Part shown: piece after piece, positions 1 through 10,219 of the stretch
Layout: each line of letters begins with the position of its first letter
Position numbering within the stretch: the first letter of the stretch is position 1
NCBI GenBank assembly: GCA_903844825.1
Contig: CAIMVC010000173.1
Span: forward strand, 59-64,058
Length of the DNA stretch: 64,000 bases
Reading direction: 5' to 3'
DNA from: an uncultured Burkholderiales bacterium
GTDB taxonomy: Bacteria; Pseudomonadota; Gammaproteobacteria; Burkholderiales; Burkholderiaceae_C
Translations under genes and position numbers: made by a program
The notes under the pieces: model-generated
What the model was told of the DNA's origin: nothing
Databases searched by the model: none
Seen by the model: only the letters and a program-made list of their open reading frames with translations

Positions 1-534
<534 letters not shown>

Positions 535-587
535 TGCGACCTTGACGCACGCATGACCTGCCATATCGGCAGTCATGGCGCGCGCTG

Positions 588-623
588 GCCCCGCCTCCCT
601 GCCCGGGGTCGCGGGGCTTTTTT
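588..623 (+). terminator. Rho-independent terminator of rpoC
   Basis: GCCCCGC(588-594)...GCGGGGC(611-617) followed by TTTTTT; a second hairpin CATGACCTGCC/GGCAGTCATG lies at 552-577. Confidence 0.8.
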
Positions 624-670
624 GTGAGCCGCTGGCGTGGTCGCTGGCTCTTGGTCTTGGGTGCGTTAGA

Positions 671-702
671 GAGTTAGGGAGTTAGGGAGTTAGGGCGTGG
701 GG
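671..702 (+). repeat. 3 x GAGTTAGG tandem repeat forming a G-quadruplex-type motif
   Basis: GAGTTAGG at 671, 679, 687; G-runs at 677-679, 685-687, 693-695, 699-702. Confidence 0.8.
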
Positions 703-722
703 CAGTAAGCGCGTCAGCCGAC

Positions 723-1652
723 TCAGCCCGTGATGCAGCGTGCCGCCGCCAGATCCCAGCCCGCCCAGCCGCAGCTTTTGAAAAACACCGGGCCGCGCGC
801 TTGAGCTGGCGAGCCCTGCGCTTCGGTTCGGGCGAGCACGTCGGCCAGCGTGGGCAGGGCGGACACATCGATACCCGCCTGCAGCAGGTCGCCGGCTTCG
901 TGGTCTGCATCCCGGGTATCGACCACCAGCGTGCCGTGCTCGGCCAGGTGTTGGCAAACCTCGGGCGCCCACTCCACCATTTGTGGCGTGAAGGCGCCTA
1001 CTGCCGCGACGAAGGCGTCGTGCCGCGGCCTGGCGCGCAGCGCAACAGTCTGCGCCGATGTGCTGCTGACCACCAGCGGGCAGTGCGCCAGGGAGGCATC
1101 GGGATCGTCCACCCGGCGTGCCTTCAGCCCCAGCGACAAAGCATGGCGCACCAACGCGTCGGCGCTGCTGGCGCTGCGTGAAGCGACCCACACCTCCTGC
1201 ACGCCAAGCCCCGCATGAAAGGCTTCCAGATGCGAGCGCCCCTGCACCCCGGCACCGACGATCAGCAGCGGGCACTCCCGCTGCGGCGCCAGCAGGCGGG
1301 CTGCCAACAGCGACACCGCTGCCGTTCGTCTCGCCGTCACCGTGGGCCCATCCAGGATCGCCAGCCGGCGGCCACTGCCCACATCAAAGACCACGATGTC
1401 CCCCTGAATGCTGGGCAGGCTGCGCGCCGCATTCCCCGGTGTGAACGTAATCAGCTTGGTGATGGCCACCTGCGCGTCATGGGCCGGCATCACGAACAGG
1501 CTGCCCCCACCTAGCAAGGCCTGAACCAGCCGCGGCGGCACTACCACGGCCGGGTTGCGCAGCAACTGCGTGAGTGCACTGATCAAGGCCGGATAAGGCA
1601 GCGCCGCTGCGGTTTGCTCGGGGCCGAGCATGAGGGGGAGGGTGTTAGGCAT
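723..1652 (-). CDS. Ornithine cyclodeaminase/mu-crystallin family (delta1-pyrroline-2-carboxylate reductase-like)
   Basis: VMPA, TARRTAAVS, GAGVQG NAD motif, EAGDL, FKSCG. Confidence 0.9.
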   Translation of the reverse strand: MPNTLPLMLGPEQTAAALPYPALISALTQLLRNPAVVVPPRLVQALLGGGSLFVMPAHDAQVAITKLITFTPGNAARSLPSIQGDIVVFDVGSGRRLAILDGPTVTARRTAAVSLLAARLLAPQRECPLLIVGAGVQGRSHLEAFHAGLGVQEVWVASRSASSADALVRHALSLGLKARRVDDPDASLAHCPLVVSSTSAQTVALRARPRHDAFVAAVGAFTPQMVEWAPEVCQHLAEHGTLVVDTRDADHEAGDLLQAGIDVSALPTLADVLARTEAQGSPAQARGPVFFKSCGWAGWDLAAARCITG

Positions 1653-1796
1653 GTCGACAGCTTAGCGCCTTGGCGGCTCAGGCAGCGCTCGGGCGCGCGA
1701 TTCGTTCAGCGTGCCCGTTGGCGCATGGCGCGGGCGACAGCACGCCTGCAGGCCGACCTCTTGCCTGGGGGGGCGCGAGCCGCAGCCTGCAGCCGT

Positions 1797-2252
1797 TCAG
1801 GCGCCGTTGGTCGAGCTGGCGCTGGCCACCGCGCCCATGCCGCGGCTGATCGCCGCATGGATGTCATCGGGGATTTCAATGGCCTGGTGGGTGTCGAGCG
1901 AGGTAAAGACAATCACCTGACGCATGCCCATGCGCAGCACGCCGTCCTCCAGGCCGGTGCAGGCCGCTTGCAGCGTGAGTGAGCGCGAGCCCAGCCGTTC
2001 GACGTTCAGGGCCAGTGTGACGCGATCGCCCATTTTGCTGACCGCCTTGAAGTCAGCCTCCAGCCTGACGGTGGGCAGGCCAATGCGGCGCGTGATCAGG
2101 GTCCGCTGGTAGCCGACCTCCAGCCCTTCGTTGAACCAGTCTTCCACCAGGCCGTTGAACATGACGAAATACTGCGGATAAAAAACGATCGCGGCCGGAT
2201 CGCAATCGGAAAAGCGGATCAGGCGTTCGCGTGAAAACAAGGCTGGGTTCAT
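1797..2252 (-). CDS. 4HBT-family acyl-CoA thioesterase (candidate anthraniloyl-CoA thioesterase)
   Basis: IRFSDCDPAAIVFYPQYF hot-dog fold motif; substrate inferred from context only. Confidence 0.85.
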   Translation of the reverse strand: MNPALFSRERLIRFSDCDPAAIVFYPQYFVMFNGLVEDWFNEGLEVGYQRTLITRRIGLPTVRLEADFKAVSKMGDRVTLALNVERLGSRSLTLQAACTGLEDGVLRMGMRQVIVFTSLDTHQAIEIPDDIHAAISRGMGAVASASSTNGA

Positions 2253-2465
2253 GGGCGGTGTCTCGAAATTGATGGGAGCGGCCGCAACGCTGCGTGCGTG
2301 TGGTCTGCGTGGCCGCGTGATTCATTTGCGCCTGGCCCTTTGTGGGGGCGCATCGGGCCTGGCGAGACGGCCCGGGCAGCGGAGATGAAGCCGACCGGGT
2401 GTCCGGACGCTATTTTAGGAGACCGGCAGCGCGCGTGCGCGAAGAAGCTGGCATGGGCTTGGCAC

Positions 2466-3419
2466 TCATGCCTTTGCATTTGTCATGGAGCAGGCGCTGT
2501 CGTCCGCCGGGCGGTGAAACAGCTGTTTGACCAGTGCCCGCATCCATTGGTGAGCCGGGTCGCGGTCGGTGCTGCTGTGCCAGACCAGCCGCACCTCGTA
2601 GGCCGGCGCTTCGGGAATGCGCCAGGTGCGCAGTTCGTAGCGCTGCATCAGGTTGCGGGCGTACATCTCGGGCACGATGGACAGCAGGTCGGAGCTTTGA
2701 GCCAGATCGGGCAGGGCGCTGAAATGCCGGGCCCGCAACACGATCCGGTCTTGCAGCTTCATGTTGATGAGCATCTGTTCGACGCTGGCGTGAAAAGTGG
2801 CGGTGGGCGATGCCACCACAAACGAGGCCAGGGCCAGTTGGTCCCGGCTCAAAGAACTGCTGATCTCGCCGCAGGCTGGCCGCCATGTCTGCGCCGCCAC
2901 GGCCACGTATTGCTCCCGAAACAGCAGCTCGGCGCGTATGCCCCGGTGCCGGGGCTGCAGGATACCGACGGCCATGTCGATCTCACGGGCCTCCAGTGCC
3001 GCTGCCACGTCGTGGGAGGCCACCGAGATGTTGGACAAACGCGAGCCCGGCGCCTGGCTGCGCATGGCCCCGGCCAGGGCCGGCAAAAAAAGCATCTCGC
3101 CCAGGTCGGACAGTGACAGCCGCCAGTGCATGTCGCTGCTACCCGGCGTGAACTCCTCGTGCCCGCTGACCAGGGTCTCCAGTGCCAGCAGCTGCGCCAT
3201 CACGGCGGGTGCCAGTTGCTCGCACAGCCGGGTGGGCTTGAGCCCTGACGGCGTGCGGACAAACAACTCGTCCTCGAAAAAGTCGCGCAGTCGGGCCAGG
3301 GCGTTGCTGGTGGCGGGCTGCGACAGCGACAAGGTCTTGCCCGCCAGCGTGACGGAGCCAGTGCGGTAAACCGCTGCCAGCACTCTGAGCAGGTTCAGAT
3401 CGAGCTGACGAAAGTTCAT
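2466..3419 (-). CDS. LysR-type regulator (NahR/DntR-like), divergent from the iad-type operon
   Basis: LDLNLLRVL..GSVT..LSQPATSNALARLR..DELFVRT HTH; C-terminal WH..DPAHQWMR typical of NodD/NahR-like LTTRs. Confidence 0.95.
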   Translation of the reverse strand: MNFRQLDLNLLRVLAAVYRTGSVTLAGKTLSLSQPATSNALARLRDFFEDELFVRTPSGLKPTRLCEQLAPAVMAQLLALETLVSGHEEFTPGSSDMHWRLSLSDLGEMLFLPALAGAMRSQAPGSRLSNISVASHDVAAALEAREIDMAVGILQPRHRGIRAELLFREQYVAVAAQTWRPACGEISSSLSRDQLALASFVVASPTATFHASVEQMLINMKLQDRIVLRARHFSALPDLAQSSDLLSIVPEMYARNLMQRYELRTWRIPEAPAYEVRLVWHSSTDRDPAHQWMRALVKQLFHRPADDSACSMTNAKA

Positions 3420-3457
3420 CGAACGGTCTTCATGGGGTGTGGGTGTAAACCCGAATT

Positions 3458-3472
3458 ATTGATCAAACGAAT
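3458..3472. promoter_or_regulatory. Putative LysR binding site (T-N11-A)
   Basis: ATT-GATCAAACG-AAT dyad in the AT-rich divergent gap between the LysR gene and iorA. Confidence 0.45.
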
Positions 3473-3617
3473 CTGCCTAATCTGAACAATCTATTTGCTG
3501 GATGTGTTGGGCCGGCGTAAATTGCCAGGCAGTGCACGGGATCCATGAGAAAACACATTTCCACGGACAGCGCCCATGACAAACCTGACGACCCCTTTTT
3601 CTAAAGGCTGATGGCTG

Positions 3618-5828
3618 ATGGCTGAGCGTTCATTTGTTACCGAAGTACAAAAGCTGCGCCTGGGCGCGGGTGAGGAATTTCGCGGGGAAGGCATCCTGGC
3701 GGTGACCAAGGCTTTGCTCGAGTCCGGCGTATCCTACGTTGCAGGGTACCAGGGCGCGCCCATTTCGCACCTCATGGACGTGCTGGCCGATGCGCAGGAC
3801 ATCCTGGCCGAGCAGGGCATCCGATTCGAAAACAGCGCCAGTGAAGCCACGGCCGCCGCCACGCTGGCGGCGTCGGTCAATTACCCCCTGCGCGGGGCGG
3901 TGACTTTCAAGGCCACGGTGGGCACCAACGTGGCGTCCGATGCACTGGCCAATCTGGCCTCGGGCGGTGTCACCGGCGGAGCCTTGATCATTGTGGGCGA
4001 AGACTACGGTGAGGGCTCGTCCATCATGCAAGAGCGCAGCCACGCCTTTGCGATGAAGTCGCAGATGTGGCTGCTCGACCCCCGGCCCAATCTGCCCAGC
4101 ATCGTCGATGCCGTCAAGCAGGGCTTTGAACTCTCGGAGGCCAGCCACACCCCGGTGATGTTGCAGCTGCGCATTCGGGCTTGCCATGTGCACGGTCACT
4201 TCACCGCCGCCGACAACCGGCGCCCGAGTTTCACGCTCCAGGAGGCGATGGAGAATCCGCAGCGCGACGTCAGCCGCATTGTGTTGCCGCCGGCGAGCTT
4301 TGTGCACGAGCAGGAAAAAGTCCGGGAGCGCTGGCCCGCTGCCGTGCGCTATATCGAAGAGCACCAGCTCAACGAATTTTTCGGGCCTGAGGCAGAAGAC
4401 GTAGGCATCATCGTGCAAGGCGGTTGCTACAACACGCTGGTGCGTGCGCTCGAGCGCCTGGGCCTGGCCGACGTCTACGGCAACACGCAAATCCCCCTGT
4501 ATGTGATGAACGTGGCCTACCCCGTGATCGACAGCGAGGTGCTGCGTTTTTGCCAGGGCAAGCGCGCCGTGCTGCTGGTCGAAGAAGGGCAGCCGAATTT
4601 TGTCGAGCAGAACCTGGCCACCATCTTGCTGCGGGCCGGATCGGACACGCTGTTGCACGGCAAGGACCTGTTGCCTGTGGCGGGCGAGTACACGGCGGCG
4701 GCGGTGCTCGCCGGGGCGCGGGCCTTTCTCGAACGCTATGGGCGCGGCGAGTGCATGCAGCCGACTGTCGCACCTTCTGCCTCACCTTCTGCCTCAGCGT
4801 CTGCCTCAGCGTCTGCGGTCGCCCTGATGGCGAGCGGCGTTGACCAGGATGTGGCCCAACCCGCGCGGCCGCTGGCCGATAACGTGCACGCGCGTCCCCC
4901 AGGGTTTTGTACCGGCTGCCCCGAGCGACCCATCTTCAGCGCGATGAAACTGGTCGAGCGCGAACTCGGCGCGCACCACGTCAGCGCCGACATTGGCTGC
5001 CACTTGTTTTCCATCCTGCCGCCCTTTCACATTGGCAATACCACCATGGGTTACGGCCTGGGTGGCGCGGGTGCGTCGGCCCTGAATGTGCCTGCCGGCA
5101 AGCGCGCCATCTCGATGATGGGCGACGGCGGCTTCTGGCACAACGGGCTGACCAGCGGTGTTGCCAATTCGGTCTTCAACAAAAGCGACAACCTGACGAT
5201 CGTGGTGGACAACAACTACACCTCGGCCACCGGCGGGCAGGACATTCCCTCCTCACGGGCGGTCAATGCCACGCGCAGCACGGGCCATGAGATCGAGCGC
5301 GCCGTGCGCGGCGTCGGTGTGACATGGGTCAAGATGGTGCGCCACACCTACGACGTGGGCGCCATGCGCGACGCGCTGCGGGAGGCGCTGACCAGCACCG
5401 AGAAGGGCCCCAAGGTGCTGATTGCCCAGTCCGAATGCATGCTCAACCGGCAGCGCCGCGAAAAGCCGCTGGTGCGCAAAGCCATTGCCGAGGGCAAGCG
5501 CTCGGTGCGCGAGAAGTTTGGCGTCGACGCCGACACCTGCACCGGCGACCACTCCTGCATCCGGCTGTCGGGTTGCCCCTCGCTGTCCATCAAGCCCAAC
5601 CCGGACCCGCTGCGCACCGACCCGGTCGCCACCGTCCTCGACAGCTGCGTGGGCTGCGGCGTGTGCGGCGAAGTCTCGCACGCGGCCGTGCTGTGCCCGT
5701 CTTTTTACAAGGCGCAAATTCTCAGCAATCCGAACCGCTGGGATCGGCTGCGCGAAGTGCTGCGCCGCGGCGTGATCGGCTGGCTCCAGCGTGCCGAGGC
5801 CAGGCGCCGCGCGGTCTACGCGTTTTAA
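3618..5828 (+). CDS. iorA: Indolepyruvate:ferredoxin oxidoreductase-type alpha subunit (iadA-like)
   Basis: GYQGAP, RPPGFCTGCPER, DIGC, TPP motif GDGGFWHNG, C-terminal Fe-S motifs CTGDHSC..CP and CVGCGVC..CP. Confidence 0.93.
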   Translation: MAERSFVTEVQKLRLGAGEEFRGEGILAVTKALLESGVSYVAGYQGAPISHLMDVLADAQDILAEQGIRFENSASEATAAATLAASVNYPLRGAVTFKATVGTNVASDALANLASGGVTGGALIIVGEDYGEGSSIMQERSHAFAMKSQMWLLDPRPNLPSIVDAVKQGFELSEASHTPVMLQLRIRACHVHGHFTAADNRRPSFTLQEAMENPQRDVSRIVLPPASFVHEQEKVRERWPAAVRYIEEHQLNEFFGPEAEDVGIIVQGGCYNTLVRALERLGLADVYGNTQIPLYVMNVAYPVIDSEVLRFCQGKRAVLLVEEGQPNFVEQNLATILLRAGSDTLLHGKDLLPVAGEYTAAAVLAGARAFLERYGRGECMQPTVAPSASPSASASASASAVALMASGVDQDVAQPARPLADNVHARPPGFCTGCPERPIFSAMKLVERELGAHHVSADIGCHLFSILPPFHIGNTTMGYGLGGAGASALNVPAGKRAISMMGDGGFWHNGLTSGVANSVFNKSDNLTIVVDNNYTSATGGQDIPSSRAVNATRSTGHEIERAVRGVGVTWVKMVRHTYDVGAMRDALREALTSTEKGPKVLIAQSECMLNRQRREKPLVRKAIAEGKRSVREKFGVDADTCTGDHSCIRLSGCPSLSIKPNPDPLRTDPVATVLDSCVGCGVCGEVSHAAVLCPSFYKAQILSNPNRWDRLREVLRRGVIGWLQRAEARRRAVYAF
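4771..4816 (+). repeat. In-frame 12-bp tandem repeat in the iorA linker
   Basis: CACCTTCTGCCT x2, then CAGCGTCTGCCT and CAGCGTCTGC; encodes PSASPSASASASASA. Confidence 0.85.
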
Positions 5829-5831
5829 GCC

Positions 5832-7352
5832 ATGACCTCCGCAACCCAACCTATCAAGATCGCCATCCTCGCCATGGGGGGTGAAGGCGGTGGCGTGCTG
5901 GCCGACTGGATCGTCGACATGGGCGAAGCCAACGGCTACGTGGCCCAGACCACCTCGGTGCCTGGCGTGGCGCAGCGCACAGGCGCCACCATTTATTACG
6001 TCGAGCTGTATTCGCAAGCACAGGCCCGTGCCGACAACGCCCGGCCAGTGCTGGCGCTGATGCCCTTGCCCGGCGATGTGGACGTGGTGCTGGCCTCCGA
6101 GCTCATGGAGGCAGGCCGCGCTGTCCAGCGCGGCCTGGTCACGCGCGAGCGCACCACCTTGATCGCGTCGACGCACCGGGTGTTTTCGATTGCTGAAAAA
6201 AGCGCGCTGGGTGACGGCCGCGTCGACAGCCAGGAACTGCTGGCGCATGCCCACCAGGCGGCTCGGCGCTTTATCCGTTTTGACATGGAGCAGGCCGCGC
6301 AGGCCTCGGGCAGCGTCATCAGCGCCGTGCTGTTTGGCGCCCTCGCTGGCGCTGGCGTGCTGCCCTTCACGCGGGCCCAGTTTGAAGCCACGATCGAGCG
6401 TGGGGGTGTTGGCATCAAGCCCAGCCTGAAGGCGTTTTCTGAGGCCTTTGAGCGCGCCAGCGGCACCGCTGCGGCGCTGCCCGTGGTGGCCAATGCGGCA
6501 GCCACAGCGCCCGTGGCACAGCCCAGCCACCCCCGTGTACGCGCCCTGGTGAGTCGGGTGCAAAGCGAGTTTGCGGCGCACGCGCAGGCCTACTTGCTCG
6601 AAGGCGTCAGGCGCTTGATCGACTACCAGGACCTGGACTACGCCGACCTTTACCTTCAGCGTATGAGCAGCATGGCCACGTCGCTGGCGGGATCGGCTGC
6701 GGTTGGCGACGAGTTGTTGCGCGAGACGGCGCGCCACCTGGCGCTATGGATGTCCTACGAAGACACGGCCCGTGTGGCGGCACTCAAAACCCGTGCCACG
6801 CGCTTTGAGCGTGTGCGTGGCGAGGCCCGTGTGCAAGACGGGCAACTGCTGGCGATCAACGAATACATGCATCCGCGCCTGCAGGAAATTTGCGAAACCT
6901 TGCCGGCTGGCATCGGGCGCTGGTTGATGAACTCGGGACTGCCGCGTCGCCTGGTCGAGCGATTGACCCGCCAAGGCAGGGTGATCCAGACCAGTTCGCT
7001 GCGCGGCTACCTGTTGTTGCGCAGCGTGGCGGCCATGCGGCGCTTTCGCCGATCGACCCTGCGCTACGCCGAAGAAAACCGCCGTATCGAGTCCTGGCTG
7101 CAGCGCGTGGCCGTCACCGCGGAACGCAGCCCCGCCCTGGCGCTCGAGTTGGTTTTTTGCCAGCGGCTGGTCAAAGGCTACAGCGACACCCACGAGCGCG
7201 GCGTGCGCAACTACGACAGCGTGATGGCCGCCTTCGAACGCGCTGGCGAGCGCCTGTCAGCCGGGGTGCTGCGCGAATTGCGCGAGGCCGCGCTGGCCGA
7301 CGAAGCCGGCAGTCAGTTGCAAGCCACGCTGATTCGCCACGCCCTGGCCTGA
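5832..7352 (+). CDS. iorB: Indolepyruvate oxidoreductase beta-family subunit with C-terminal extension (iadB-like)
   Basis: AMGGEGGGVL, GVAQRTGAT; C-terminal half with LIDYQD..YA..Y, LWMSYED, RLVKGYSDT. Confidence 0.9.
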   Translation: MTSATQPIKIAILAMGGEGGGVLADWIVDMGEANGYVAQTTSVPGVAQRTGATIYYVELYSQAQARADNARPVLALMPLPGDVDVVLASELMEAGRAVQRGLVTRERTTLIASTHRVFSIAEKSALGDGRVDSQELLAHAHQAARRFIRFDMEQAAQASGSVISAVLFGALAGAGVLPFTRAQFEATIERGGVGIKPSLKAFSEAFERASGTAAALPVVANAAATAPVAQPSHPRVRALVSRVQSEFAAHAQAYLLEGVRRLIDYQDLDYADLYLQRMSSMATSLAGSAAVGDELLRETARHLALWMSYEDTARVAALKTRATRFERVRGEARVQDGQLLAINEYMHPRLQEICETLPAGIGRWLMNSGLPRRLVERLTRQGRVIQTSSLRGYLLLRSVAAMRRFRRSTLRYAEENRRIESWLQRVAVTAERSPALALELVFCQRLVKGYSDTHERGVRNYDSVMAAFERAGERLSAGVLRELREAALADEAGSQLQATLIRHALA

Positions 7353-7362
7353 GGTTACAGTC

Positions 7363-8355
7363 ATGAGCTTGTCACCTTCGCCCCTTCAGTTGCGCGTCGT
7401 CCAAGCGTGCACCCTCAACCCCCTCATCAGGATGCTGCGCTTGCGCGCTGACGACGGCAGCGACTTGCCTGCCTATGCAGCTGGCGCGCATGTGCGCGTG
7501 CGGGTCGATCTGCCCGACGGCGTGCAGGACTGGCGCCATTACTCGCTGGTCAACCTGGTGGCGCAGCCAGGTGCCACCGACGCACCCACCGAGTACCTGA
7601 TCGCCGTGCGCAAGGAGGCCGATGGCCGGGGCGGCTCGGTCTTCATGCACGACAGCGTTGCCGAAGGCCAGCTACTGAACGTCGAGCCGCCGCACAACGA
7701 TTTTCCGCTGCACGGCGGCGCTGGCAGGGCGGTGCTGCTGGCCGGTGGCATTGGCGTGACGCCGTTGGTCAGCATGGCCGCACAGCGCCGCGCCCTGGGC
7801 CTGCCCGTGCGTTTGCATTACGCTGGTCGCAGCCGTGACACCATGGCCTTTTTGCCGGAACTGCAGGCCCTGCTGGGTGAGGCATTGCAGGTTCACGCCG
7901 ACGCCGAGCACGGGGCGCCGCTGGACATCACGGCGGTTCTGGATGCCTGCCAGCCTTCAGACCAGTTGTATGTGTGCGGTCCCCAAGCGATGCTCGACGC
8001 GGTGCTCAGCCAGACGCGGCAGCTCGGCTGGGAGGCGGCCCGGGTGCATTTTGAACTCTTCGGCGCCCCGCTCGCCGAGGCGGGTGATCAGGCCTTCACG
8101 GTGGAGCTGGCGCAGTCCGGTCAGTGCTGGACGGTGGCTGCCGACCAGACAATTCTGGAGTGTCTGATTGCGCACGGCTGCGACCCCTTGTTTGACTGCA
8201 AACGCGGTGAGTGCGGCGTGTGCAGCACGGTCGTGATCGAAGGCGAGGTCGAGCACCGGGACTACTTTTTGTCAGCCGCTGAAAAAGCCCAGGGCCATGT
8301 GATGCAGATCTGTATTTCTCGCGCCAAGGGTGCACGCCTGGTGCTTGATCTCTAA
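7363..8355 (+). CDS. iadC: PDR/VanB-type reductase of the Rieske oxygenase
   Basis: RHYSL, GGIGVTP, YVCGP, C-terminal CKRGECGVC..C [2Fe-2S]; position matches iad gene order. Confidence 0.9.
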   Translation: MSLSPSPLQLRVVQACTLNPLIRMLRLRADDGSDLPAYAAGAHVRVRVDLPDGVQDWRHYSLVNLVAQPGATDAPTEYLIAVRKEADGRGGSVFMHDSVAEGQLLNVEPPHNDFPLHGGAGRAVLLAGGIGVTPLVSMAAQRRALGLPVRLHYAGRSRDTMAFLPELQALLGEALQVHADAEHGAPLDITAVLDACQPSDQLYVCGPQAMLDAVLSQTRQLGWEAARVHFELFGAPLAEAGDQAFTVELAQSGQCWTVAADQTILECLIAHGCDPLFDCKRGECGVCSTVVIEGEVEHRDYFLSAAEKAQGHVMQICISRAKGARLVLDL

Positions 8356-8401
8356 CGGCCTCCAAAGACCTCCAAAGACCTGTGAAGGACCTCGCAAGCA
8401 A

Positions 8402-9718
8402 ATGACCTCTTACCTGGGCAATCCCGATGCAGTGCGTGCGCTGGTTCAGCCGGACCGGGTACACCGCGACCTCTACATCAGTGACGAGATCTTCCAGCTT
8501 GAGCAGCAGCACTTTTTTGCCAACACCTGGAATTACGTGGGTCACGACAGCCAGATTCCCAAGCCGGGTGACTGGCTGACCCAAGAGATCGGCGGTCGTC
8601 CCCTGATCGTGGTGCGCCACACCGACGGCTCAGTGCGTGTGATGATGAACCGCTGCGCTCATAAAGGCTCACGCCTGGTCAGCGCGCCCTGCGGCAACAC
8701 CGGCAAGTTCTTTCGCTGCCCCTACCACGCCTGGACCTTTAGGACCGATGGTTCGCTGCTGGCGATCCCCCTGAAAAACGGCTATGAAAACACGCGTCTG
8801 CACGAGTGCGAGTCGGCCAAGGGCCTGACGGGCGTGCCGCACGTGCGCAGCTACCGCGGCTTTATTTTCGTGAAGATCAACGACGCGGGTCCGGACTTCG
8901 AGGCGTACTTCGGTGACTCGCTCAGCTCGATCGACAACATGGCCGACCGCTCGCCCGAGGGCGAGCTGGAAATTGCCGGCGGCTGCCTGCGCTTCATGCA
9001 CCAGTGCAACTGGAAGATGTTCGTTGAAAACCTCAACGACACCATGCACCCGATGGTGGCCCACGAGTCGTCGGCCGGCACCGCCAAAGCCATGTGGGCC
9101 GACAAGCCCGCTGATATGGCCAAGCCCATGGCCATCGAACAGTTTGTGCCCTTCATGTCCGACTACAAGTTCTTTGACGACATGGGCATTCGCACCTACG
9201 ACAACGGCCACAGCTTCACCGGTGTGAACTTCAGCATTCACAGCAAGTACAAAGGCATTCCCGCCTACGACGAGGCGATGCAGGCGCGTTACGGCGTCGG
9301 GCGCACCGCGCAGATTCTGGGCATGGCCCGGCACAACACCGTCTACTACCCCAACCTCACCATCAAGGGTGCGATTCAGGCTATCCGCGTGGTCAAGCCG
9401 ATTGCGGTAGACCGTACGCTGGTCGAGAGCTGGACCTTTCGGCTCAAGGGCGCGCCACCCGAGTTGCTGCAGCGCACGGCCATGTACAACCGTCTCATCA
9501 ACTCGCCGTTTTCGGTGGTCGGTCACGACGACCTGCAGGCCTACCGCGGCATTCAGGCGGGCCTGCATGCCAGTGGCAACGAATGGGTCAGCCTGCACCG
9601 CAATTTCGACGAAGCTGAAACCCGTGGCGGCGAGATCACCACCGGCGGCACCAACGAACTGCCCATGCGCAACCAATACCGCAGTTGGGCGCGCTACATG
9701 ACGGAGACCATGCGATGA
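8402..9718 (+). CDS. iadD: Rieske ring-hydroxylating oxygenase alpha subunit (IAA oxygenase-type), copy 1
   Basis: Rieske CAHKG...CPYH; Fe site NDTMHPMVAH and GHDD; start placed at ATG 8402 because the ORF-track start lies inside the upstream gene. Confidence 0.9.
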   Translation: MTSYLGNPDAVRALVQPDRVHRDLYISDEIFQLEQQHFFANTWNYVGHDSQIPKPGDWLTQEIGGRPLIVVRHTDGSVRVMMNRCAHKGSRLVSAPCGNTGKFFRCPYHAWTFRTDGSLLAIPLKNGYENTRLHECESAKGLTGVPHVRSYRGFIFVKINDAGPDFEAYFGDSLSSIDNMADRSPEGELEIAGGCLRFMHQCNWKMFVENLNDTMHPMVAHESSAGTAKAMWADKPADMAKPMAIEQFVPFMSDYKFFDDMGIRTYDNGHSFTGVNFSIHSKYKGIPAYDEAMQARYGVGRTAQILGMARHNTVYYPNLTIKGAIQAIRVVKPIAVDRTLVESWTFRLKGAPPELLQRTAMYNRLINSPFSVVGHDDLQAYRGIQAGLHASGNEWVSLHRNFDEAETRGGEITTGGTNELPMRNQYRSWARYMTETMR

Positions 9719-10206
9719 CAGGCCAGGCACCAGTTTCACGGCAGGATCTGATTGACTTCGTGGTCAACGAGGCGCGCCTGCTCGACGCCAAGCGTTTCGA
9801 GGCATGGAATGCGTTGTTCACCGATGACGCCTACTACTGGGTGCCGCTGATTCCCGACCAGGAAGACGCACTCAACCACACCTCGCACATGTACGAGGAC
9901 AAACTGCTGCGCGAGTTGCGCATTGAGCGGTTGAAAAGCCCGCGCGCCTTTTCTCAGCAGCCGCCCAGCCGCTGTCACCATCTGCTGCAAACGCCGACCG
10001 TGGAGGCGTTTGACGCGGCCGGCAACCGCTTTGTGGTGCGCACCGAATTTCACTACACCGAATCGCAAGGCGACGAGCTGCAGTTTTACGTGGGCACCAT
10101 CATCTACCACTTGAGCCTGGTCGACGGGGCCTTGCGCATGACGCTCAAGCGGGTGAATTTGCTCAACTGCGACGCCGCGCTGCCGGCCGTGCAGCTCTTT
10201 ATCTAA
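9715..10206 (+). CDS. iadE: Rieske oxygenase beta subunit, copy 1
   Basis: EARLLD..RFEAW..LF..DAYYWVP, SQQPPSR; ATGA overlap with the alpha subunit. Confidence 0.9.
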   Translation: MTGQAPVSRQDLIDFVVNEARLLDAKRFEAWNALFTDDAYYWVPLIPDQEDALNHTSHMYEDKLLRELRIERLKSPRAFSQQPPSRCHHLLQTPTVEAFDAAGNRFVVRTEFHYTESQGDELQFYVGTIIYHLSLVDGALRMTLKRVNLLNCDAALPAVQLFI

Positions 10207-10219
10207 GCCGCTCAGCCCC

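Noticed and set aside
674-695. TTAGGG as a telomeric or eukaryotic insert
   Set aside because: The true period is 8 bp with only three copies in bacterial intergenic DNA; kept only as a tandem repeat and G4 motif
8359-8381. CCTCCAAAGA direct duplication between the reductase and oxygenase genes
   Set aside because: Two 10-bp copies; could be slippage or an old target-site scar, but there is no element evidence
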